A DNA stretch of 64,000 nt from an uncultured Actinomycetes bacterium (GCA_963805545.1 CAWDUU010000001.1:331051-395050), one strand, 5' to 3'; shown: positions 10,627-20,138, numbered from the stretch's first letter. Made by a program: numbers and translations. The notes: generated from the sequence alone by a model not told the origin.

Positions 10627-10812
10627 ATGCGAAAGGATCGACAGGGAACCTGGCTCGGGATCCCGTACGACTGGCGGCGCCCGACGCGCGAGCGGGCGAA
10701 GAGCCGCTGGTGGAACCGCGACGACCATCGCCTCTTCACGCCGAGGTGGCTCGGGTGGGGATACGACGTCAACCTGGCGGAGGTCGCCCGCCGGCTGCGG
10801 CTCCTCCGATAG
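10627..10812 (+). CDS. DUF5808-like small protein
   Basis: WWNRDDHRLFTPRWLGWGYDVN; TAGACT -10 7 nt before ATG 10627. Confidence 0.7.
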   Translation: MRKDRQGTWLGIPYDWRRPTRERAKSRWWNRDDHRLFTPRWLGWGYDVNLAEVARRLRLLR

Positions 10813-11381
10813 CCGAGCGCATCCTCCTCGTCTCGGGCAGCACCCGCAGCGGATCCACGAACACCGCCCTCCTGCGCGCGGCCGTCGCAGCCTCCCCGCC
10901 GGGCGTCGAGGCGAGCCTGTACGAGGGGATGACGACGCTGCCGCACTTCAACCCCGACGACGACGTCGATCCGCTGCCCGCCGCCGTCGCCGACCTGCGC
11001 GCGCGAATCGCGGCCGCCGACGCCGTGCTCTTCTGCACGCCGGAGTACGCGGGGGCCCTGCCCGGCTCGTTCAAGAACCTGCTCGACTGGACGGTCGGCG
11101 GGCCCGAGATGTACGGCAAGCCGGTGGCGTGGGTGAACGCCTCCGCCTCGCCGGCCAGAGCGACGAAGGCACACGAGTCGCTCGAGACCGTCCTTCGTAC
11201 GATCCACGCCGACGTCGTCTCGGAGGCGTGCCGGCACGTCGCCGTCTCGCGCGACCGGGTCGTCGACGGGCTCGTCGCCGATCCCGCCGCGAGGGCCGGG
11301 ATCGCCGGAGTGCTGGGAACCCTCGCCGCCTACGCGCTGGCCCGGACCGAGTGGGACCCGGCGTCCGCGCGCTCCGACTGA
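10809..11381 (+). CDS. NADPH-dependent FMN reductase (start codon unclear)
   Basis: LVSGSTRSGSTN, TPEYAGALPGSFKNLLDW, GKPV motifs; no canonical start at the expected position. Confidence 0.85.
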   Translation: MAERILLVSGSTRSGSTNTALLRAAVAASPPGVEASLYEGMTTLPHFNPDDDVDPLPAAVADLRARIAAADAVLFCTPEYAGALPGSFKNLLDWTVGGPEMYGKPVAWVNASASPARATKAHESLETVLRTIHADVVSEACRHVAVSRDRVVDGLVADPAARAGIAGVLGTLAAYALARTEWDPASARSD

Positions 11382-12577
11382 AACCGCTGAAGGCAGTGCT
11401 CCGAGCAGAAGTAGTAGGTGTGGCCGGCGTGCTCGATCCGCGGCGCCTTCGCCCTGTCCACCTTCATGCCGCACACCGGGTCCGTCGCCCCGCGCCGCAT
11501 CGTGAGACCGAAGAGCGCCGCGAAGATGACGAGCCCGAGCAGGTTCAGGACGAGCTTGTAGTCGAGCCCGATGGACGCGAAGATGTCGTCGCGCGACGGG
11601 CGCGCGTCCGGCACCAGCCCGAGCAGGGTGAAGAGCCCGTCGATCACGAGCGCAGCGGCCGCCATCGTGACGAGCATCAGCGCGGTGATCCGGAGCGCGA
11701 ACGACCAGCCGTAGTACTTCTGGTACACCACGATGATCGGCAGGATGACCAGGTCGGCGAAGATGAACGCCATCACGCCGCCGAAGCTGATCCCGCCCGA
11801 CCACAGCACGGCCGCCAGCGGCACGTTGCCCACCGAGCAGACGAACGAGAGGATCGCGATCAGCGGCCCGACGATGACGTTCTCGACGGCCGCGACCGGG
11901 CCGGGGGCGTCGGCGAGAAACAGCGTGTTGAAGACGTCGTTCCCGAGGAGCCCCACGAATCCGGCGAGCAGAAAGCCGATCGTGATCTCCTTCCAGAGCA
12001 TCTGCCAGTCGCCGCGGAAGTTGTGCGCCACATCCGACCAGGCCGAGACGCTGGTCAGGCGCTCGTGCAGCGGCATCTCCGCGCCGGCCGCGTGATGCTG
12101 GTGGCCGGACTCGGCCTCCTGGGCGTGGCGGCGCGCCGCCTCCTCGAGGCCCGGCGAGACGAAGGCCCGCAGCAGGAGCGTCATGAGCGCGATCATCACG
12201 ATCCCGCCCAGGTACTCCGCCAGCGCGAACTGCCAGCCGATCAGGATCCACAGGACGAGACCGAGCTCCCAGACCAGGTTCGTCGAGGCGAACTGGAATG
12301 CAAGCGCAGAGGCGGCCGACGCGCCCTTCTGGAAGAGCGACTTGCCGATCGCGATGGCCGCGTAGGAGCAGGACGAGGACGCCGCGCCGAGGCCGGTGGC
12401 CCAGAGGAGCGGCCGCGGCCCGCTGCCCGAGAGCGCCGACTCGATCCGCCGGCGCGGCACCCAGGCCTGCACGATCGCCGAGATGGCGAACCCGAGCACG
12501 AGCGCCCACCACACCTCCCACGCCATCAGGAAGGCGTCCTTCAGCGCGGTGCCGACCTGCGAGACGACGTCGCTCAT
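11330..12577 (-). CDS. DUF318/ArsP-type permease with C-terminal YHS domain
   Basis: GAASSSCSYAA, FVCSVGNVPLAA, multiple TM helices; DPVCGMKV...YYFCSEHC. Confidence 0.88.
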   Translation of the reverse strand: MSDVVSQVGTALKDAFLMAWEVWWALVLGFAISAIVQAWVPRRRIESALSGSGPRPLLWATGLGAASSSCSYAAIAIGKSLFQKGASAASALAFQFASTNLVWELGLVLWILIGWQFALAEYLGGIVMIALMTLLLRAFVSPGLEEAARRHAQEAESGHQHHAAGAEMPLHERLTSVSAWSDVAHNFRGDWQMLWKEITIGFLLAGFVGLLGNDVFNTLFLADAPGPVAAVENVIVGPLIAILSFVCSVGNVPLAAVLWSGGISFGGVMAFIFADLVILPIIVVYQKYYGWSFALRITALMLVTMAAAALVIDGLFTLLGLVPDARPSRDDIFASIGLDYKLVLNLLGLVIFAALFGLTMRRGATDPVCGMKVDRAKAPRIEHAGHTYYFCSEHCLQRFQSERADAGSHSVRASA

Positions 12578-12912
12578 CCGGCATCCGCCTCGAGCGCGCC
12601 GAGCAGCGAGCGGCCCTTGCCGGTGAGGGCGTACATGGTCATCTTCCCCTCGCGCCGCGAACGGACGACCCCCTGCGCCTTGAGCGCCTTCATGTGGTGC
12701 GAGACCAGGTTCTGGGGCCGCTCGACGATCCACGACAGGTCGCACACGCACAGCTCGTGGCCGTCGCGGAGCGCGAGGGCAAGGGACAGGCGGGTCGGCT
12801 CGCCGAGCGCGCGGTAGCCGCCGGCCAGCCGCTCGGCGTCGTCGGGCGACGGGCGGGCGGCGCGCAGGCGCTCCCCCTGGGCGGCGTCGATGTGCAGGAG
12901 CTCGCCGAACAT
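12574..12912 (-). CDS. ArsR/SmtB family metalloregulator
   Basis: ALGEPTRL...ELCVCDL...VSHHMKALK..G.V...REGKMTMY; TAGGGT -10 6 nt before ATG. Confidence 0.92.
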   Translation of the reverse strand: MFGELLHIDAAQGERLRAARPSPDDAERLAGGYRALGEPTRLSLALALRDGHELCVCDLSWIVERPQNLVSHHMKALKAQGVVRSRREGKMTMYALTGKGRSLLGALEADAG

Positions 12913-12950
12913 GGCCACACCCTAACAGGTGTTGATATGTTGTTCGCGGC

Positions 12951-13292
12951 TCAGCGAGCGTCGGACCAGATCCAGACGATGCGCTCGACCGCCCCCTCGT
13001 CGTCGGTCACCGCCGAGATCACCATCCGGTCGGCCCGCCAGTCGGGCGAGTCGGAGCGCATCTCCACCTGCGCCGCCCGGCCGCACGCGACCCGGCGCAG
13101 CGCCCGCACGACGTCGTCGGGCAGGGCGGGCCAGACGTCGAAGAGCAGGCGGCCGGTGTCGGCGGGCGTGAGCGGCCCGTCCGACTCGACGGTCCTGCTC
13201 GCGCGCTCGATCCGCAGCTCGCGGTCGAGGACGACGACGCCGATCGGCGCCCGCCGGAGCACCTCGTCGAGAACCAGGGCGTCGGCCGACAC
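12951..13292 (-). CDS. Stand-alone PAS-like domain protein
   Basis: APIGVVVLDRELRI...GRLLFDVWP...VTDDEGAV. Confidence 0.6.
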   Translation of the reverse strand: MSADALVLDEVLRRAPIGVVVLDRELRIERASRTVESDGPLTPADTGRLLFDVWPALPDDVVRALRRVACGRAAQVEMRSDSPDWRADRMVISAVTDDEGAVERIVWIWSDAR

Positions 13293-13400
13293 CGCCCGCG
13301 CGTTCAGGGCCGCGCTCCGGCGGTGAACCCCCTCCGCTGCGATGACAGCTCCCTTGTCATGCTGCGGGCCCGCCGGGATGCTAGCCGAACGTGCGCGCTG

Positions 13401-14021
13401 TCACGTGCTCGCCTGCCGCGAGGAGTACTCGAACGTGGCCTCGTAGCCGCACCGGCCCGAGTAGCTGAAGTCGAAGTGCTCGTTTCGGACGTCGAGCTCC
13501 TCGGCCACGACCTCGCGGCCCGTGCGGTGATGGCCGGGGATGATGCAGGTCACCGGGCTCTGGGTGTCGTGGGGCGCGGCGATGCGGACCGCCACGTTCG
13601 CGCCGGCCCGGAACCATCCCCGGCCGGGCGTGTGATCGATCTCGATCCGGCAGGGCACGACCGCCAGCAGGCGGCTCGGCTTGAACGCCCACGGGAACTG
13701 GCTGAGCGGCGTGCCACCGAGGCGTCCGGTGAAGACGTCCTCGAGCACGGCCCGCTGCCGGTCATCCGCGCGCTCGTCGAGGTAGAGCACCCACGACCAG
13801 GGCGAGCCCGGCTCGTCGTCGCTGTACCAGACGGCGAGCACCACGCACAGGTCAGACACGTCGACGCCGTCGACGGCTCCCTCGGAGATCCGCCACGAGA
13901 GCGCGCCCTCGCACCTGCCGTAGGTCGACCGCCCTCCCTGCTTCCCGTCGATCCGCCGGCACGGGCAGATCGCGTCGCAGTTACACACCTCGAGGTAGGT
14001 GCCCGAGATCTGCCAGGTCAC
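13401..14021 (-). CDS. DUF1326 domain protein
   Basis: WQISGTYLEVCNCDAICPC; coupled to the upstream gene by a GTGA overlap. Confidence 0.88.
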   Translation of the reverse strand: MTWQISGTYLEVCNCDAICPCRRIDGKQGGRSTYGRCEGALSWRISEGAVDGVDVSDLCVVLAVWYSDDEPGSPWSWVLYLDERADDRQRAVLEDVFTGRLGGTPLSQFPWAFKPSRLLAVVPCRIEIDHTPGRGWFRAGANVAVRIAAPHDTQSPVTCIIPGHHRTGREVVAEELDVRNEHFDFSYSGRCGYEATFEYSSRQAST

Positions 14022-14773
14022 ATCGGCTCCATCGTCATCGGCGACCGGTGAAGGCCCGGGACGAGCCCCGGATGCGACGGTGCCAGCAGTCCCAGCGCGA
14101 CGAGTGCGACGCCGGCCGCGAGCGCCACCAGCCGGCCGTGGCGCCACACCTTCTCGAGGGTGACCACGACGGTGAAGGCGGCCATCCAGCGCAGGTCCAT
14201 CACGCCGAGCGCGACCAGCGCGAGCATGAGCGTCCAGCAGCAGCCGACGCAGTAGGCGCCGTGGTGGAGCCCGGCGCGGACGTGCCGCAGGCGGCCGCGG
14301 TAGTTCCCGGCGTGCATCAGCAGGTGAAGCGGCGAGCGGCAGACCGCGAGGCAGCGGTCCTTGAGCGGGCTCAACTGGTAGGCGCCCGCGGCGACGAGCA
14401 GCGCGGCGCCGGTCCAGGTCGCCGCCGTCGGGCTGCGGTCGGCCAGCCGTTCGGCCGCCAGGCTGAGGAGGAGGGCGACCGCGCCGAACGCGGCCCATGC
14501 CGCCAGGTAGCCGCCGGCCAGGCCGAGCCCGCGGGCGGCTCTCCCCGCTCCCTCGCCGACGTAGAGCGCGCCCGTGGGAGCCAGCGCGGGCAGCATCATC
14601 GCCGCCATCATCACCACCCACAGGCCGAGGAAGGCCGCGGCGCCGAGCCCCATCGTCCCCGGGGCGGACTCCATCCCGCCCGCCTGTGCCGCGACGACAA
14701 CCCAGGCGACCGCCGCCGCGGCGAGGAGGCTCGCGGCGACCGGCACGGCTGAGGGAGCGGCGCGGAAGGTCAT
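14018..14773 (-). CDS. DUF2182 predicted metal-binding membrane protein
   Basis: WVVMMAAMMLP, YQLSPLKDRCLAVCRSP, GAYCVGCCW, GVMDLRWM. Confidence 0.92.
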   Translation of the reverse strand: MTFRAAPSAVPVAASLLAAAAVAWVVVAAQAGGMESAPGTMGLGAAAFLGLWVVMMAAMMLPALAPTGALYVGEGAGRAARGLGLAGGYLAAWAAFGAVALLLSLAAERLADRSPTAATWTGAALLVAAGAYQLSPLKDRCLAVCRSPLHLLMHAGNYRGRLRHVRAGLHHGAYCVGCCWTLMLALVALGVMDLRWMAAFTVVVTLEKVWRHGRLVALAAGVALVALGLLAPSHPGLVPGLHRSPMTMEPM

Positions 14774-14785
14774 CGGCGATCAAGA

Positions 14786-14864
14786 AACGGGGTCAGGCAC
14801 CAATTTTGCACACCGCGCGCGCCTGCGCCTGAAAATCGGGGTCAGACCCCAATGTTGCGCGCGG
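14786..14864. repeat. Two adjacent GGGGTCAG(A/G)C(C/A)CC REP-like palindromes
   Basis: AACGGGGTCAGGCACCAATTTTGCA at 14786 and CGGGGTCAGACCCCAATGTTGCGCGCGG at 14837. Confidence 0.75.
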
Positions 14865-15468
14865 TGGGGTGCAGGAGCGGGACCGCGCCGTCCCACCCCG
14901 CCCGCAGGACGTCCACGAGCGACGGCGGGGTGATCGCGCGGCTCGGGCCCGACGGGCGGCCAACTCGGTGGTCGTATCCGGCCGGCGTCCAGTGCAGAAG
15001 CGCGCGTCCCAGCACGAGCCACGGCTCGCCCTCGTGCAGGATGAACGCGCCGTCGGGAAGCTCGGCGAGCTCGACGTCGTGGAAGCGCCGCTCCCTGCCC
15101 GCCAGCCGCTCGCGGTGGAGGCGGGCGTCGATCGCGTCGGCGCCGGCCTCGCCGGGATGCAGGCGGCCCCAGATCTCGCCGAGGCGGTTGTAGTCCTCGC
15201 GCCGGCAGAGGGCGCAGGCCCGGTGCCCGGCCGCCATCGCGGTCGCCTCGTCGAGGAAGAAGAGCTCGGTGAACCTGCCCGGCTGAAGCAGCGGCCGCCG
15301 CAGCCAGCCGCGGAACTCGAGCCGGCAGGCGATCCAGCGGCGGCCGGTGTGGCTCCGCCGGATCCGGCCGCCGGAATCGTGCAGGCAGCCGCGGTTCCCG
15401 TAGACGAGCCCGCGGGCCGGGTCGGCGACGAGCTCGCCGAGCGGCGTCACCCGGTTCTGAAGCGGCAC
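14842..15468 (-). CDS. Conserved hypothetical protein (QNRVTP...GNRGCLHD family; Ada-like AAGHRACALC motif)
   Basis: GTG start 15468; LFFLDEATAMAAGHRACALCRRE. Confidence 0.75.
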   Translation of the reverse strand: MPLQNRVTPLGELVADPARGLVYGNRGCLHDSGGRIRRSHTGRRWIACRLEFRGWLRRPLLQPGRFTELFFLDEATAMAAGHRACALCRREDYNRLGEIWGRLHPGEAGADAIDARLHRERLAGRERRFHDVELAELPDGAFILHEGEPWLVLGRALLHWTPAGYDHRVGRPSGPSRAITPPSLVDVLRAGWDGAVPLLHPTARNIGV

Positions 15469-15819
15469 GCCCGATCCTCGGGATGAACCATCGGCATCAG
15501 GTACCAATGTTTCATGCCCAGGCCGTGTATGCGTTCTCTGCGGAGGGCCCTCGCTCGCCCCGGCTGGCCCGGACCTGGAGCCGGCCCGCTTCGGGCGGGT
15601 CCGACGACACGTCGTCGCCGCCTTCGATCTGCACGCGAGGACCGCCGCCGCCGTCAGGAGGGCCTTCCGCCGCCTTCAGTAGGCGGCCGGGGTGAGAAGA
15701 GACCCCGGCCCGACGCGAGGCGGTACGCGCCGGGCCGGGTTATGCGGACCGGGTCGACCGTGCTGTGCACAGCCTCCGGTACGCGCTTTGGGGCGTTTGT
15801 GGACCCCGAGACATAGTGT

Positions 15820-15949
15820 CGGACGCGCGGGCGCCGACCGCATTGGGGTCGGCCCGGAAATCGGCGGTGGAGTCCCCGCGCGCGGGATGCGGGAAAGCCG
15901 CATGGGTGTCCAGAACTTGACAGGCGTCCGCCACCCCGTACGCTCGGGG
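15820..15949 (+). promoter_or_regulatory. Candidate structured 5' leader RNA
   Basis: Closing stem CGGACGC/GCGTCCG enclosing several hairpins upstream of the GGAGG RBS at 15961. Confidence 0.3.
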
Positions 15950-15967
15950 AAAGGCACCTAGGAGGCA

Positions 15968-17135
15968 ATGACTGTGGGTAGGACGACCCTGTTGAAGGCG
16001 GCCGTTGCCGCAACGGCGTGGGCGGCGCTCGCCGCTCCCGCGCAAGCCGCCGTCGTCGGCTCGACGCCGTCGCCCTCGTGGCAGACGAACGGCCGCGTCA
16101 CGACGATCACCGTCAGCGGCACCACCGCCTACATCGGCGGGAAGTTCACGTCGCTCCGCCCCTCGGGTGCCCCTGCCGGCACCGGTGAGGTGACGCGCAA
16201 CCACGCGGCGGCGATCAACCTGACGACCGGCGCGCTGCTGCCGTGGAACCCGAACGTGAACGGGCTCGTCAGCGCGATCCACGTGAACGGCAACAACATC
16301 TACCTCGGCGGCGGCTTCGGCACCGTCGGCGGCGTGAAGCGCAAGAAGGTCGCGGCCGTGAACGCCAGCACCGGCGCGCTCAACACCGCGTTCAAGGTGA
16401 AGGGCCTGAACGGCGAGGTGCGCACGATCGACCTCTCCAACGGCCATCTGTACCTCGGCGGTGCGTTCACAGCACCGCGGAACTACAGCGGGGCGTTCGA
16501 CCCGGCCGGCGGCGCGTTCCAGTCGTCCTGGGCGCCCGTCACGGACGGCCCGGTCGACGCGATCCTGACCACGGACGACGGCTCAAACCGGGTTGTCGTC
16601 GGCGGCGCCTTCAACACGCTGAACGGCGTGTCGAGCAACGCCATCGGCGCGGTCGACCCGAACTCGGGCGCGTCGGTCACGTGGAACTGGCACGGCCCGT
16701 TCCGCGGCGTCGTTCCGCCCGTTCGACGTCGTCGGCCTCTCGAACTTCGGCGGCTTCATGTACGGCGCGGGCACCGGCAACGGCGGCTCGTTCATGAAGT
16801 TCAACCCCTCGACCGGCGACCTCGTCTGGATCGAGGGCGTGACCGGCAACGTCGAGAACGTCGTCGTGATCGACGGCATCGCCTACGCGGGCGGCCACTT
16901 CGAGGCCTACTGCGGCCCCATCCCCGGCAACAACTTCTGCACCCGGGTGGCGAGCCGGAACCACCTGATCGCCGTCGACGACGCGACCGGCGCGCTCCAG
17001 TCGTGGCACCCGACGGCCAACAGCAACCTCGGCGTGTTCGCCATCGCCGCCGGCCCGCAGACGCTGGCCGTGGGCGGTGACTTCACCCGGCTGGGCGGGC
17101 ACGCTCAGCAGATGTTCGGGCTGTTCAAGGAGTAG
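15968..17135 (+). CDS. Secreted beta-propeller repeat protein, frameshift near 16715
   Basis: Signal peptide; repeated (Y/V)xGGxF blades continue in the +1 frame (ORF 16758-17135). Confidence 0.8.
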
Positions 17136-17161
17136 GCGGGACTCACGCACCGCCGCGGCGC

Positions 17162-17428
17162 TCAGCCGTCGCGGCGGTGCACTCCCACCCGCCACGCATA
17201 CGTGTCGCGGCGTGACGGGAAGAAGTCGGGCCAGTCCTTGGCCATCATCCAGGTGGCGACCAGGGCGACCGCCGTCTCGAAGCGGCGGTGGGCGGTGTGG
17301 TTGGTCGCCTCGGCCGCGAGCAGCGCGACCGACGCCGCGAGCCCCGCCCAGCACTCGTGCACGCGCACGCCGGCGACGTAGACGCGCGGGCCGAGCGGAT
17401 GCCTGCGGACATGGACGAGAGGGGGCAC
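17162..17428 (-). CDS. Small hypothetical membrane-associated protein
   Basis: 88-aa ORF with high GC3 and two hydrophobic segments. Confidence 0.6.
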   Translation of the reverse strand: MPPLVHVRRHPLGPRVYVAGVRVHECWAGLAASVALLAAEATNHTAHRRFETAVALVATWMMAKDWPDFFPSRRDTYAWRVGVHRRDG

Positions 17429-17467
17429 ATATCCCTTATCGGCAGAAGCGCCGCGGACGACAGTGCG

Positions 17468-18286
17468 TCAGGCCGGAACGGGCGCGCCGGCCGCCTCGCA
17501 GGCCAGCTTGACGTTCGCGCCGTGAGCCACCCGGTCGTACGGGCCGCTTCCCCGGAAGGGCACGGCGATCCGCTCGGCTTGCCCGGCCGGGCAGCCGGCC
17601 TCGGCGAACGCGAGGATCGCGTCGATGTAGTCGAGGTCCTCGTCGGCGATCTCGAGGGCCCGGTCGGCGGCGTGGGGCTTCCCGTGCCCGACCACGACGA
17701 ACTCCGGACGCTCGCGCTCGATGACGCCGATCAGCGTGTGCAGGGTCGTCTGGTAGTCGCGCACCGACGAGTAGGCGAACGGGATCTCGAGCTCCGAGAG
17801 GTAGTCGCCGACCACGAGCACCTTCTCGTCGGGGAACCACGTTATGAGCCCGTCGTCGGTGTGGCCTCGCCCGGCGCGGCAGACGGCGCTCCACGGACCG
17901 AGCGTCACGTCGGCCGGCGGCTCGACCTCCTGCTCGCAGTGGAGCCCGTCGAGCGCCACGAACGGGACGTACGCCTCGACCGACTCCTTCTCGATCGACG
18001 CGCGCGCCTCGCCGGAGCGGATGCGCCCGGCGGCGCCGGTCGAGGCGGTGACCCGGGCGTCGGGCAGGACGCCGAGCGCCATCACGTGATCCCAGTCGGC
18101 GTGGGTGACCAGCACCTGGGTGACCGGGTCGGCGGACGCCGACACCACCTCGTCGATCTCCCACGGCGAGATGCCGGGATCGACGAGCAGGCGCTCCGCG
18201 CCCCGGCGCAGCTCGAGCGTGGTCGTCTGGTAAAGCGTGCTCGGCCACCACGTGGCGGTGGGCGTCAGGGAAACCGCTCGCGGCAC
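17468..18286 (-). CDS. MBL-fold metallo-hydrolase
   Basis: VTHADWDH, GHTDD, VGD, VGHG motifs. Confidence 0.88.
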   Translation of the reverse strand: MPRAVSLTPTATWWPSTLYQTTTLELRRGAERLLVDPGISPWEIDEVVSASADPVTQVLVTHADWDHVMALGVLPDARVTASTGAAGRIRSGEARASIEKESVEAYVPFVALDGLHCEQEVEPPADVTLGPWSAVCRAGRGHTDDGLITWFPDEKVLVVGDYLSELEIPFAYSSVRDYQTTLHTLIGVIERERPEFVVVGHGKPHAADRALEIADEDLDYIDAILAFAEAGCPAGQAERIAVPFRGSGPYDRVAHGANVKLACEAAGAPVPA

Positions 18287-18292
18287 GGGCCT

Positions 18293-18302
18293 AGCATAGT
18301 AT
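18293..18302. promoter_or_regulatory. Overlapping divergent -10 elements (leaderless MBL gene and acpS)
   Basis: TAGTAT (+, 18297-18302) 7 nt before acpS ATG; TATGCT (-, 18298-18293) 6 nt before the MBL GTG. Confidence 0.55.
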
Positions 18303-18309
18303 GGCCGCC

Positions 18310-18669
18310 ATGCGGGTTGGGATCGACCTGATCGAGATCGACCGGGTTGCGCGGGCCCTCGTCCGCCACCCCCGGTTCATCGAGCGGGTCTTCACCGCGG
18401 CCGAGCGCGAGTACTGCCTCTCGCGCGCGAATCCGCCGCAGCACTTCGCCGCCAGGTTCGCCGGGAAGGAGGCCGTCGGAAAGGCGCTCGGCTTCGGCGT
18501 CCCGTTCACCTGGCGCGAGATCGAGATCGCCGGCCGGCCCAAGCCCGGCGTCAGCCTGAGCGGCCGCACCGCGGCCTGGGCGGCCCGCGTGAGCGCGGGC
18601 GGCATCGACCTGTCCATGACCCACTCCAAGGGGATGGCGGCCGCCGTCGCCATCGTGCACGACGCATGA
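18310..18669 (+). CDS. acpS: Holo-ACP synthase
   Basis: VGIDLIEI, FTAAE, AARFAGKEAVGKALG, LSMTH. Confidence 0.96.
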   Translation: MRVGIDLIEIDRVARALVRHPRFIERVFTAAEREYCLSRANPPQHFAARFAGKEAVGKALGFGVPFTWREIEIAGRPKPGVSLSGRTAAWAARVSAGGIDLSMTHSKGMAAAVAIVHDA

Positions 18670-20138
18670 GCCCGCTCGAGCTCTATACGGCCGAGGAGAT
18701 GCGCGCCGTCGACTCGGCGGCGATCGGCGGGCTCGGCATCCCCGGTGCCGTCCTGATGGAGCGGGCCGGCCTTGCCGCCGCCCGGGAGATCATGCGGCTC
18801 GCCGACGGCCCCGGCCGGGTGGCGGTCGTATGCGGTGCCGGCAACAACGGCGGCGACGGCTTCGTGGTCGCCCGCCACCTGCACACCGCGGGCTGGGAGG
18901 TCGAGTGCCTGCTCGCCGGCGACGCCCGCAAGCTCCCGCCCGACGCCCGCCTGAACCACGACGTCGCCCGCCGGCTCGGCATCCCGGTCGCCGACGCCGT
19001 GCGCCGGGGGCGGCTCACCCGCGCCGGCGTCGTGGTGGACGCCCTGCTCGGGACCGGGTTTCGCGGCGCGCCGCGCGGCGCGGTCGGAAAGGCGATCGGC
19101 GCGATGCGCGGGCCGATCGGCGCGACCGTCGCCCTCGACGTGCCGTCCGGCGTGGACGGCTCGACCGGCGTCGTCGCAGGCGACGCCGTCGCCGCCGACG
19201 TGACGGTCTGCTTCCACGGGCGCAAGCTTGGGACGGCGGTCGAACCGGGCCGGAGCGCCTCGGGCCGGGTCGTCGTCGCCGACATCGGCATCCCGCCGCA
19301 GGCCGACCGGGCGACCATGGCGACGCTCCTGACGGGCGCAGCGGCCCCGGCCGGCTGGCCGAAGAGCGTGCGCGGCTCGAAGTACAGCGCCGGCGCCGTG
19401 CTCGTGATCGGAGGCGCCCCGGGGTTCGTCGGGGCGCCGCTCATGGCGGCGCTGGCGGCGCTCCGCGCCTCGGCCGGGATCGCCTGGATCGCCGCGCCGG
19501 CCGAGGCCGTACCGGCGCTCGAAGGCCGGGTGCCCGAGGTGATGGTGCGCGCGCTCCCGGAGGGGCTCGACCTGCTCGAGAGGGCCGGTGCGGTCGCGCT
19601 CGGGCCCGGGCTCGGCCGGTCGGACGAGGCCGTGGCTCTGGCCCGGCGGGTGGCCGCCGAGCACGCCGGGCCGGTCGTGATCGACGCCGACGGCCTCTTC
19701 GCCTTCAACGGCAGGCTCTCGCGGCTTCGCCGCCGTCCCGGCCCGACCGTCCTCACTCCGCACGAGGGCGAGATGGCGCGCCTGCTCGGCGTCGAGTCGG
19801 GCTGGGTGCGGGCAAACCGGCTGGAGGCGGTGCGAAAGGCGGCGGCCGCGAGCGGCTGTGTCGTCCTACTGAAGGGTGCCGACACGCTCGTCGCCGTTCC
19901 TGACGGACACATCGCCGTGTCGCATGCCGGCCCGCCGGGCCTCGCGACCGCCGGCTCCGGAGACGTCCTCACCGGAGCGGTCGCGGCGATGCTCGCCAAG
20001 GGCGGCGACGCCCGCACCGCCACGTGTATCGCCGCCGAGGCGCACGGCCTCGCCGGCCGGCTGGCCGTCGAGCGGCGCGGCCCGTCGGGGATCATCGCGA
20101 CCGACGTGATCGACGCCCTGCCGGAGGTGGTGCGGTGA
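18666..20138 (+). CDS. nnr: Bifunctional NAD(P)H-hydrate epimerase/dehydratase (YjeF)
   Basis: LMERAG, CGAGNNGGDG, DVPSG, GPGLGR, IDADGL, TPHEGE, LATAGSGDVL. Confidence 0.95.
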   Translation: MSPLELYTAEEMRAVDSAAIGGLGIPGAVLMERAGLAAAREIMRLADGPGRVAVVCGAGNNGGDGFVVARHLHTAGWEVECLLAGDARKLPPDARLNHDVARRLGIPVADAVRRGRLTRAGVVVDALLGTGFRGAPRGAVGKAIGAMRGPIGATVALDVPSGVDGSTGVVAGDAVAADVTVCFHGRKLGTAVEPGRSASGRVVVADIGIPPQADRATMATLLTGAAAPAGWPKSVRGSKYSAGAVLVIGGAPGFVGAPLMAALAALRASAGIAWIAAPAEAVPALEGRVPEVMVRALPEGLDLLERAGAVALGPGLGRSDEAVALARRVAAEHAGPVVIDADGLFAFNGRLSRLRRRPGPTVLTPHEGEMARLLGVESGWVRANRLEAVRKAAAASGCVVLLKGADTLVAVPDGHIAVSHAGPPGLATAGSGDVLTGAVAAMLAKGGDARTATCIAAEAHGLAGRLAVERRGPSGIIATDVIDALPEVVR

